From assembly GCA_028275885.1 (NCBI GenBank), contig JAPWTW010000003.1, positions 47,133 to 79,132 of the forward strand: a stretch of DNA of 32,000 nt. The letters run 5' to 3'. Position numbers and translations under genes: made by a program. Below the pieces are notes generated by a model. It worked only from the letters and a program-made list of their open reading frames with translations, ran no database searches and was not told the origin of the DNA. How positions within the stretch are numbered: position 1 is the stretch's first letter; each line of letters starts with the position of its first letter. This document shows positions 8,522 to 16,698 of this stretch, one piece after another. The stretch comes from Candidatus Nanopusillus sp. GTDB lineage: Archaea > Nanobdellota > Nanobdellia > Nanobdellales > Nanobdellaceae.

Positions 8522-9319
8522 TTATCCATAATAATATCCTGAACCTTTTTCCCTTTTCTTACTTTCTTCTTCTAACTTCTTAATCATACTCAAATCTTTT
8601 TCTATTCTTTCTTTTAGTTTCTTACCCTTTTCCTTTAAATCGCTTGTATCAACCTGAAAGTCATATAACTTGCCTAAAACTTCTAATGCCTTTGAAGCAC
8701 CAAAATATCCATTTATTTGATTAGATAAATATGTTTCAACCAATAATAAATAAGCTGGTTTTTTAAATAATTGCGAATAATATAAAAATAATCCACTCAT
8801 TCCAATAACAGTATTTGATTTATATAAATTCAGTTCTCCCAATTTTTCCTTTATTTTATTTATATCATAATATTTATTTAATGCAAACAGATAATTTGGA
8901 TTTTCTGGTTCTAATTGATGCGAACCTATCCCACCAATTATGCTTAATTCTAATAAATTAGATTTACTTATTATTCTAAATAGCTTATTCATAAATTTAT
9001 ATCTAAAATATAAAGATAATCCGGGATCTTCTAAAATTGCTATCTGAAAATCTCCATATAATACTAGAAAATTGTAATTACCAATTGGAACAGAATATAA
9101 TTTATAACTTATATTATCTGATACATATCCATTTTTGTTTATTTTAACTATATCAGGAAAGAAGTCTGTAATTATTCTTCCAACAAGTTTTCCTTTATAA
9201 GTTTCTATTAATTTTTTTCCAACAATTTTTGACAAATTTCCATATCCTCCACCTATTGAATAAAGAAAAATAATGTTATTCATACTTTTTATTTTTTCTT
9301 TATCAATTATGAATTCCAT
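8522..9319 (-). CDS. PAC2-family proteasome assembly chaperone-like protein (COG1938 type)
   Basis: 265 aa. The N-terminal pattern (IFLYSIGGGYGNLSKIVGKKLIETYKGKLVGRIITDFFPDIVKINKNGYV) matches the PAC2/PbaA-B family, and the K/E-rich C-terminal tail fits. It sits downstream of nop10, as in other archaea. Confidence 0.6.
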   Translation of the reverse strand: MEFIIDKEKIKSMNNIIFLYSIGGGYGNLSKIVGKKLIETYKGKLVGRIITDFFPDIVKINKNGYVSDNISYKLYSVPIGNYNFLVLYGDFQIAILEDPGLSLYFRYKFMNKLFRIISKSNLLELSIIGGIGSHQLEPENPNYLFALNKYYDINKIKEKLGELNLYKSNTVIGMSGLFLYYSQLFKKPAYLLLVETYLSNQINGYFGASKALEVLGKLYDFQVDTSDLKEKGKKLKERIEKDLSMIKKLEEESKKREKGSGYYYG

Positions 9320-9325
9320 AATATA

Positions 9326-9502
9326 TTATAGTATATTACTCTTATATAAGATTTCTTTTTTCATTTTTCTTCTATAATCACCCCATTTATCATCTGGAGA
9401 AAATTTAGGCGGTATTATTCTAGATGTTTTATTACCACAAACCGGACAGATTTCTTTAAATGTATATATTTTACAATTTTTACATTTTCTAATCTCTTTC
9501 AT
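9326..9502 (-). CDS. nop10: H/ACA RNP protein Nop10 (small ORF absent from the ORF track)
   Basis: Manual translation gives MKEIRKCKNCKIYTFKEICPVCGNKTSRIIPPKFSPDDKWGDYRRKMKKEILYKSNIL (58 aa). It has the zinc ribbon CxxC..CxxC and the P.KFSP.D.....YRR motif typical of Nop10. The start overlaps the aIF2-alpha 3' end by 14 nt. Confidence 0.85.
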   Translation of the reverse strand: MKEIRKCKNCKIYTFKEICPVCGNKTSRIIPPKFSPDDKWGDYRRKMKKEILYKSNIL

Positions 9503-10265
9503 ATTTGTTTATTTCATAAATTATATTATAATTTTTAGCTTCTTTATTTATTAATTCTAACATTTCTTTTTCCTTTTTTTGTAAATCATATGGACTTATA
9601 GTAACATATTTTAACATATATGAAGGAGACCCCAGATATTTTATCATTATATTTAGATCCTTTATCTTTTTAAGAAATTCCTTTATTTTATATATTCCAT
9701 CTCCATCTAAACAATATGCTTGCATTATATATGTAAACTCATATTTTGGTGGATTTAGATACTCAATTATATATTTATATAATAGATCAGAATATTTTTT
9801 ACTTATTTTATATTTATCTAAAACACTTTTTCCATTTATATAAGCTTCTAAAAATACATTATAAAGTTTGTTTTCTGGAACAATTTTAAATATTATCTCT
9901 TTTTCTAATTTATCCATATCTATATTTTCCTTTTCACTCATTATTTTCAATATATTATAAGCAACCATTTCCCTTTTATATTCAAAGATCTTTGCTTTTT
10001 GTTTATTTTTGTCAACTCTCTTTAACGATAAAGTAACTAATCTATTTTGTACATCTACATCAAGTACTAAACAAACAATCTTTTTACCTTCCCTAACTAA
10101 AATCCTTGGATTTGTAATCCTTCTATTTGATAATTCATCTATTGGAATTATTCCATTAAAATTCTCATATTCATCTAAACTAACTTTTACATCTACATCT
10201 GATATATTATTTACAGTACATATAACATAATCATTCACCTTTGGAGAATCCTTTCTCTTATACAT
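9489..10265 (-). CDS. eif2a: Translation initiation factor aIF2 alpha subunit
   Basis: 258 aa with an N-terminal S1 domain (PKVNDYVICTVNNISDVDVKVSLDEY.NFNGIIPIDELS.RRI). Length and gene context (nop10 immediately downstream) fit. Confidence 0.85.
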   Translation of the reverse strand: MYKRKDSPKVNDYVICTVNNISDVDVKVSLDEYENFNGIIPIDELSNRRITNPRILVREGKKIVCLVLDVDVQNRLVTLSLKRVDKNKQKAKIFEYKREMVAYNILKIMSEKENIDMDKLEKEIIFKIVPENKLYNVFLEAYINGKSVLDKYKISKKYSDLLYKYIIEYLNPPKYEFTYIMQAYCLDGDGIYKIKEFLKKIKDLNIMIKYLGSPSYMLKYVTISPYDLQKKEKEMLELINKEAKNYNIIYEINKYERD

Positions 10266-10309
10266 TTTTTAAGATATATTAAAAATACTTATTAAATTTA
10301 TATACAGCT

Positions 10310-11290
10310 TTAAGTTTTAGTTACTGGAATATTATATACTCTTTTTTCATAACAATTATATGAAAGATTCATTAGAACATATGCTGGTACTACAAAATTA
10401 GAATTCAATAGATTTTGGATTTCTGGATTATTTTGTGTTAATTGCTGTAAATTTATGCTACATAATACTGTAGATGAACTTATTGGAACATTTTGTATTG
10501 GATTACATGAAAATCCATCATCTCCATTTAGTATATTTATTTGTTTTGATCCAATGATACGTAATTCAGCAGTTATATTAAAAGTAGCTTGATTACTTGA
10601 ATATGCATTACTAAAGCACCCAACAGAATCTTGAAATGCTATTGAAAAATACATAATTCCATTAATTTCATTCACATTAACATTAGAATCTACTGGAGTT
10701 ATTGGAGATGATGAATAATATATAGGTTCCCTTAATGATATCTGACTACTAGAATAATTTAATTGCAATGGAATCAATATATTAGTAACAACATTTGATA
10801 TATTATATTCTACAACTATTGGTATTTGAGAGGGTACTGTTTGAAGACCAGGACTTAAAGAAATTTCAATATTTTCAATAGTAGAATTTGAAGGAGAAAG
10901 TCGGTTAGAGGTTGAATTATAAAATGCTGGTTCTGCATTAAAATTACCTGAGTAAGGAGAAGATAAAACATAACTATAAACATAATATGAAACATTCAGT
11001 TGAGAATTTGACATCGTATAAATATTATTAACATAAACAAGAGGTAATTTGTAATTCAAGCCATTTGATTCACTATAATTTAATGAGGAAGATGCTTGAA
11101 TATATAAATATACATTTCCAGCTTGATTTAATGCCCATGAAGGTTTATATGAATTAGAACTTCCACTCCCTATATTGAAAAATCCGAAATTTCCAGATCC
11201 AACATTACCAATTGGACATGTAGAAAAATAAAATAAAGTAGTACCTACAAATAATATTGGTAGCAAATACATAAATCTTCCAGCTTTCAT
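10310..11290 (-). CDS. Secreted/surface protein, N/S/Y-rich, unknown family
   Basis: The track ORF extends to 11383, but that start would overlap the upstream gene by 50 nt. The internal ATG at 11290 gives MKAGRFMYLLPILFVGTTLFYFS, a signal/anchor sequence. The protein has many N-x-S/T sequons and several Cys in the C-terminal half. Confidence 0.5.
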   Translation of the reverse strand: MKAGRFMYLLPILFVGTTLFYFSTCPIGNVGSGNFGFFNIGSGSSNSYKPSWALNQAGNVYLYIQASSSLNYSESNGLNYKLPLVYVNNIYTMSNSQLNVSYYVYSYVLSSPYSGNFNAEPAFYNSTSNRLSPSNSTIENIEISLSPGLQTVPSQIPIVVEYNISNVVTNILIPLQLNYSSSQISLREPIYYSSSPITPVDSNVNVNEINGIMYFSIAFQDSVGCFSNAYSSNQATFNITAELRIIGSKQINILNGDDGFSCNPIQNVPISSSTVLCSINLQQLTQNNPEIQNLLNSNFVVPAYVLMNLSYNCYEKRVYNIPVTKT

Positions 11291-11333
11291 TAAATATATT
11301 TTTACTTTATTAATTATAAACTTTATCATAATA

Positions 11334-11606
11334 TTAGCTTGAAGTATTTGTATTATTTTGATTATTAGATGCATATAAATCATTTAAGCTAATATTTCCA
11401 CTTAAAGAATTTTGAATAATATTAAAAGCTTGTTGACTTTCATTGATGAATTGCATTACACTATTTTTGATAGTCTGAAACATTTCATTATTTTCTAAAT
11501 ATCCGAGGATTTGATTATGATATAAATAAACTGCTATTGCCAAAATTATTAAAATTAATAAAAAAATCAATCCACTACTAGCTCTTTTAACTCCACACCT
11601 TCTCAT
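11334..11606 (-). CDS. Small membrane-anchored protein, unknown function
   Basis: 90 aa. MRRCGVKRASSGLIFLLILIILAIAVYLY is a basic leader plus one hydrophobic helix, followed by a Q/N/S-rich tail. Confidence 0.45.
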   Translation of the reverse strand: MRRCGVKRASSGLIFLLILIILAIAVYLYHNQILGYLENNEMFQTIKNSVMQFINESQQAFNIIQNSLSGNISLNDLYASNNQNNTNTSS

Positions 11607-11637
11607 ACAAAAAACATATTTTTTTTATTTATAAATT

Positions 11638-12690
11638 TTAGGATATCTGTAGATAATCTATCTTAAGATAACTACCTGTTCTTATTCCTAATAGATTCTC
11701 TGGCAATAAACAATTATATATATTTATTGCATAAACTCCAACAGATGAACTTATGTTATATATACAATTATTATTTATTATAACTTCTCCAGAGCCCTGA
11801 CTAACCACAATATTTAGTATATAATTTGTTAAATTATTTGGAAATACTATATAAAATATGTTACCCTTTGATTCAATATATAAATTATTTATATTAACTG
11901 GATAAGATGATATTAGACTAATTCTATTTTCTCCAATATTTAAATATGGAGTTAAATAAAACAGGCTAGAACATGAAGATAGAGGAATTGATAACCTATT
12001 TATAATTAATTCTACATTTTGGGGAGAATATGGACAAAAATCATAGAACATATATACATCTCCAGATATATAATAATAGTTAAAATTTAATGATGAAAAT
12101 TTTAGATAATTTATATTTATGTTATTTAATATTCCATTTCCATTAAATATTATACTAGTTGGAGAAAATACTATTTTTAATTCATTGTTTCCATTATATA
12201 GATAATTTGGAGAAACAAAAATACTTATTTCATCATTCTGACATCCAGAATACAATTTATAATTGTTCACATATATATCAAAGTTACCATTATTACATGT
12301 AGAATATGCAGTAATATTTACTCCGTCATAATCATTAGAATAATAAAAATATAAGCTCTTACTAACTTTTCCATAAAATATATTTGTTTCAAAATTCAAG
12401 GTTCCCAAATTAGTATAATATACAGGAGTATAACTTCCTATTTTGTAATTATTTGCTATATAATAATAATTTTGACTCTTTGATAATTGTATATTTTGAA
12501 AAATATATTTATTACTTATACTTATATTCAAAGAACTTGAAGGAGAATATAATGATATATTGGTCCCATTAATCAATTGTTGCAGTACATATTGTTTATA
12601 TTGATATGGAAGAATTACCCAATATACAAAAATTATTATACCTAACAATATAAAGAATATACCCAAACTTGTCGTTTGTAATTTTTTCAT
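11638..12690 (-). CDS. Surface protein with N-terminal anchor, N/Y/S/I-rich, unknown family
   Basis: 350 aa. MKKLQTTSLGIFFILLGIIIFVYWVI is an N-terminal hydrophobic anchor. The protein has dense N-x-S/T sequons (NGTNISLYSPSSSLNISIS) and beta-rich composition. Confidence 0.5.
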   Translation of the reverse strand: MKKLQTTSLGIFFILLGIIIFVYWVILPYQYKQYVLQQLINGTNISLYSPSSSLNISISNKYIFQNIQLSKSQNYYYIANNYKIGSYTPVYYTNLGTLNFETNIFYGKVSKSLYFYYSNDYDGVNITAYSTCNNGNFDIYVNNYKLYSGCQNDEISIFVSPNYLYNGNNELKIVFSPTSIIFNGNGILNNININYLKFSSLNFNYYYISGDVYMFYDFCPYSPQNVELIINRLSIPLSSCSSLFYLTPYLNIGENRISLISSYPVNINNLYIESKGNIFYIVFPNNLTNYILNIVVSQGSGEVIINNNCIYNISSSVGVYAINIYNCLLPENLLGIRTGSYLKIDYLQIS

Positions 12691-12715
12691 ATTTTAATAA
12701 AATATTCTTTAATAT

Positions 12716-13732
12716 TTATATTTTATACCTTAATTTTCCAATAATACAAAATCTATCAATTAATTCAAAATTATTGACATTATTATTTACAAAATATACT
12801 TTTGCATCTATTCTATCTAAAATATTAAATAAATTTATAATTTTATCAATATTATTTTCCTCTTTCATTTTTTTAAAACATTCTTCAGAAATTAAAACAT
12901 ATTCTATATTATTATGCATCGCATTATTATATACTTCATCATATCCAAATGCTATCATATTTTTTTGCATCAAATATAATAATTCTTCAATTAATTTGTT
13001 TATTTCTAAAATTTCTAAACTCTTTAATGTTTCATAATATTCTGTTCTTCTAACAAATTCATATATGCCATTTATACCTCCATTAGATACCTTATATATC
13101 TTTATATTTTTTATATTCAATTTATCCTTTACATAATCATAAAATTCTTCAGGATAAAATAGTGGACCAATTATGCATAGAAATTTAACATCATAATCCT
13201 TTAATGTATTTAAAAATTCTGAAAATATTTTATATAATTTTGCTTTTTCTTCCGGATCTCCTTTATTTATCTTATAATATTCTTCCTTTACTATTTTTAT
13301 CCCATTATTAATTATACCTAAAGCTATCTCACTATTATCTATAGATATTACAAAAATATTTTCCCTTTTTCTAGAAGATTTTTCCAATATTTTTTCTTCA
13401 TATTTTTTTATTTCTTCTTTTTTATATAATGTAAATTCTGTAGATATTCTTATATCAAATGTATGATAATGTCCAATAGAATCCTTATCACTCGAATCAA
13501 TTATTTTTCCAGAAATCCTTAATGAATCTTTATATTCAGAAAATTTTATATTTTCAACTTCTATTTTTATTTTTATTTTCTTCTTCTCTTTTTTATTCTC
13601 AAATTTTAATGTTCTATAATCATATCCTTCTATAATATCCCCTACATTAACTATTTTATATAAATATAATAGATCTACCTCATCTTCCACTTTAATTTTT
13701 ATTGTTTTCTTATCTATTATTTCATACTTCAT
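12716..13732 (-). CDS. pelA: mRNA surveillance protein Pelota (Dom34 homolog)
   Basis: 338 aa. Matches are the N-terminal Sm-like region (IKIKVEDEVDLLYLYKIVNVGDIIEGYDYR), the GHYHTFDI motif and a C-terminal eRF1-like region. Confidence 0.82.
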   Translation of the reverse strand: MKYEIIDKKTIKIKVEDEVDLLYLYKIVNVGDIIEGYDYRTLKFENKKEKKKIKIKIEVENIKFSEYKDSLRISGKIIDSSDKDSIGHYHTFDIRISTEFTLYKKEEIKKYEEKILEKSSRKRENIFVISIDNSEIALGIINNGIKIVKEEYYKINKGDPEEKAKLYKIFSEFLNTLKDYDVKFLCIIGPLFYPEEFYDYVKDKLNIKNIKIYKVSNGGINGIYEFVRRTEYYETLKSLEILEINKLIEELLYLMQKNMIAFGYDEVYNNAMHNNIEYVLISEECFKKMKEENNIDKIINLFNILDRIDAKVYFVNNNVNNFELIDRFCIIGKLRYKI

Positions 13733-14715
13733 ATTAATAATAATAATATTAAAGAGAGAAATATTGAGGGAACAAATGGTGCTCCTTCCTTTACTTTTAC
13801 TTTTATATTATTATATTCTCCCAATTTTTTTAATATACTAATTTCTTCTTTTGATAGACCAAATCTTCCAATAAACAATTTATTCTGAAATATATGATAA
13901 AATATTATAATAAATGGCATAGAATAATAAAAAAGAATTTCATTTAGAGAATAAAATATTAATGGTAAAATTATAATTAATAAGATAATAAAGGAATTTA
14001 TTAATTTATTATTATTTTTAAATTTTAATATATATTCATTTTCTTTTTCATAAATATCAAAATATTTAATTAGCATTTCCTTATCTTCTTCTTTTATATT
14101 ATTAACTTCTATTCCATCTTCTATCCAATCTCCTTCAACCAAATCATTTACATTTCTTATAAATGTTAATTTTTCCTCTAAATCTTTTGATATATATCTA
14201 AATAGAAAATATGAAATATATATTAAAATTAGAGAAATTAATAGATAATAAATATCAAGATATAAAAAGAAGAGGTTAATAAAATATACAGAAACCAATA
14301 TTGAGATAATATTAAAAATAGAGATATAATATTTTTTTCTATTTTCTTTATATATTTTAATAGCTTCTATATTATGAAATATAAATCCAAATAATACTAG
14401 ATAAAATAAAAATAATAATATCTTATATAGAGAAAAGAATGATAATAGAAAGAATATTGAAAAGAAAATAAAAAGATCTCCAATAGCCAACAATCTAAAC
14501 AGATACAATGATATAAAAAATATAAGAATAAAATATGAAAATATAAGATTTTCTGGATGAATATCTTGAACAAATAAATATAAAAAATAAAATACATTAA
14601 ATATTAGCAAAATATATATTACTATATCATCTACAGATTTATATTTTATATCCTGATATGAAGAATATGCCAATATTATTATATCAAACATTGATAAAGG
14701 AAGCATTTCATTCAT
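13729..14715 (-). CDS. A24-family prepilin/prearchaellin peptidase-like membrane protein (FlaK/PibD-like)
   Basis: 328-aa polytopic protein. The first catalytic-Asp context is SSYQDIKYKSVDD and the second is LLAIGDLFIF. The C-terminal APFVPSIFLS resembles the PFGP motif. A soluble insert of about 65 aa lies between the TM blocks. Confidence 0.55.
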   Translation of the reverse strand: MNEMLPLSMFDIIILAYSSYQDIKYKSVDDIVIYILLIFNVFYFLYLFVQDIHPENLIFSYFILIFFISLYLFRLLAIGDLFIFFSIFFLLSFFSLYKILLFLFYLVLFGFIFHNIEAIKIYKENRKKYYISIFNIISILVSVYFINLFFLYLDIYYLLISLILIYISYFLFRYISKDLEEKLTFIRNVNDLVEGDWIEDGIEVNNIKEEDKEMLIKYFDIYEKENEYILKFKNNNKLINSFIILLIIILPLIFYSLNEILFYYSMPFIIIFYHIFQNKLFIGRFGLSKEEISILKKLGEYNNIKVKVKEGAPFVPSIFLSLILLLLI

Positions 14716-14752
14716 ATAAAAAATAAAAAAACAATTCTTATAAATAATTATT

Positions 14753-14801
14753 ATGATGATGTGGACACAATCTGATTGATGATGAAAGGAGTAGCTACTG
14801 A
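14753..14801 (+). ncRNA. C/D box sRNA (2'-O-methylation guide)
   Basis: C box AUGAUGA (14753-59), 12-nt guide UGUGGACACAAU, D' CUGA (14772-75), 3-nt spacer, C' AUGAUGA (14779-85), 12-nt guide AAGGAGUAGCUA, D CUGA (14798-801). This is the canonical archaeal 12-nt spacer architecture, and it sits in an intergenic spacer. Confidence 0.8.
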
Positions 14802-14831
14802 TTTTTAAATTTCTATATATTAATATTTATT

Positions 14832-15188
14832 ATGCCATTAATAATACCATCCCCAGAATATGCTAAAAGAAGGAAATTATTACAAATCAATAATAAAATT
14901 AAAAAATTAGAAAAGGAAGGAAGTAGAAAAATAACTTTAGTATTAAAAAAAGAAATTGATCTAAATAATGTTAATGAATCTTTAAAGTTTGTATCAATAT
15001 TAAAAGAATTAGAAGAAAGAAACTTCTTCGATGAATTATATATTGTTAAATCTGATAAGGTTTTTGATTATTTAGATATAGAAAAAGAATTTAAGCAGAA
15101 AAATATAGAAAAAGAAAAACTAATAAAATTATATGATATAGTAAGTAGGCTTGCAGATATAATAGATAAAATTAAAAAAATTTATTAG
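14832..15188 (+). CDS. Hypothetical K/E-rich protein
   Basis: 118-aa ORF fills the spacer. I recognise no motif. Its stop overlaps the convergent downstream gene by 4 nt. Confidence 0.4.
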   Translation: MPLIIPSPEYAKRRKLLQINNKIKKLEKEGSRKITLVLKKEIDLNNVNESLKFVSILKELEERNFFDELYIVKSDKVFDYLDIEKEFKQKNIEKEKLIKLYDIVSRLADIIDKIKKIY

Positions 15189-16345
15189 TATTTATATTCT
15201 TCTTCTTTTATATTTTTAGATAACAATAATCTCTTTATGTTCTCCATATCACTTTCTAATATTTTTATTTTTTCTATTTCATTTATTATATATTCAAAAT
15301 TAGCTAAATCAATAAAGCTCTCTATTTTCTTTATTTTATTCATTAAATTTTCATAGTCTGATAATACAGATTCTAATATATCTTTAGAGTCATAAAGTTC
15401 TTCCTTTACTTTTCTTATTTCTTCCTTAATATTATTTAAACTTTCTTCTAATTTATTATATTTTTCATTAACTTCTTCAATTTTGTCCATTTCATTTATT
15501 CTTGATCTCAAATCTACAACTAGATTATTTAATTCTTCAAACAATGCATATATACTATTTAGCCTATTTTCAAAGTTTATATATTTGTTGTATAATTCTT
15601 CATAAGCTTTGAATTGTTTTATATTTTTAATATCATCATTTGTTAATTGTAATAAATAATTCATATTGTTTATTTTATTATTAATTTCAGAATATTTTTC
15701 CTCATATTTCTTTTCTATCTCTTCTAATTTACTATTAACATTATATAGATCTTTTTCTCTTATCTCATTTATCATTTCAGATATTTTATTATATTGTAAT
15801 AAATCTTTGGATAAATTATCTATCGTTTTAGATACTAAATTTGTTAAATTATCCACTTTTACTTTTAGATCATTAAAATCATTAATATTTGTATACGAAT
15901 CTTCTATTTTATTTAATCTATCTATAATATCTTCTATTTTATTTCTTAATTCTTTTATACTATTTATAAAATCTTCATATTTCGATATTTTATTAGCTAG
16001 TGAATTTATATCGAGCTCTAATTTATTTATTTTTGATTTTATATTTACTATAGCAGAATAATCAACAAAGTTTTTCTGATTATTTTCTAATACATCTACT
16101 TTTATTTTTAAATCATTTAAATATCTTACTTTATCTAATAAATCTTCACTTAATATTTCTTTATAATTATTTAATATTTTTTCTACATTTTTTAATTCTT
16201 CTTTTAAAGCTTTTAATTGATTATTAAATTCTTCTTTATCTACAAAATTATTTAAGCTTTTTTTTATTTCTGATATTTTATTGTTAAAATTTTTTACATA
16301 TGAAAAAAATTCATCAATTAGCTCAGAATTTTTATTTAAATCCAT
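15185..16345 (-). CDS. Long coiled-coil protein, unknown function
   Basis: 386 aa, almost entirely heptad-like K/E/N/I/L sequence. Internal repeats are visible (LNDLKIKVDVLENN vs FNDLKVKVDNLTNL). No enzymatic motif is present. Confidence 0.55.
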   Translation of the reverse strand: MDLNKNSELIDEFFSYVKNFNNKISEIKKSLNNFVDKEEFNNQLKALKEELKNVEKILNNYKEILSEDLLDKVRYLNDLKIKVDVLENNQKNFVDYSAIVNIKSKINKLELDINSLANKISKYEDFINSIKELRNKIEDIIDRLNKIEDSYTNINDFNDLKVKVDNLTNLVSKTIDNLSKDLLQYNKISEMINEIREKDLYNVNSKLEEIEKKYEEKYSEINNKINNMNYLLQLTNDDIKNIKQFKAYEELYNKYINFENRLNSIYALFEELNNLVVDLRSRINEMDKIEEVNEKYNKLEESLNNIKEEIRKVKEELYDSKDILESVLSDYENLMNKIKKIESFIDLANFEYIINEIEKIKILESDMENIKRLLLSKNIKEEEYKY

Positions 16346-16380
16346 AAACTAATTATGTATGATAAATTTTATTAAACTTA

Positions 16381-16698
16381 CTATGTATTTTTTAATAATT
16401 CTTTTCTTATGTCATCAATGTCTTTCTTTATTATATCATATTTTAATTCTAAAATATACAATCTTTTTTTAATATCATCTATATCTTTAAATTTTAAGTT
16501 TATTTCCATTAGAATTATCCTTAGTTTTTCCAATAATTTACTATATTCATTATTTTTATCAATTATGTTTTTTAATTTTAAATATTTCTCATAAATTTCA
16601 TCTTTTATTTTCTTATTTTTTTCTAATTCTTCTTTTAAATTTTTAATTTTATTTTCTAGATCTTCTATTATTTTTTCATATTCATTTATTTCATCCAT
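16381..16698 (-). CDS. Small coiled-coil protein, translationally coupled to polB
   Basis: 105 aa with K/E/I-rich heptads. The start overlaps the polB stop by 8 nt. Confidence 0.5.
   Translation of the reverse strand: MDEINEYEKIIEDLENKIKNLKEELEKNKKIKDEIYEKYLKLKNIIDKNNEYSKLLEKLRIILMEINLKFKDIDDIKKRLYILELKYDIIKKDIDDIRKELLKNT

Noticed and set aside
11291-11383. N-terminal 31-aa extension of the 357-aa ORF (MIYMHLIIKIIQILQANIMIKFIINKVKIYL).
   Set aside because: It would overlap the upstream gene by 50 nt and is low-complexity. The internal ATG at 11290 gives a sensible signal/anchor N-terminus (MKAGRFMYLLPILFVG).
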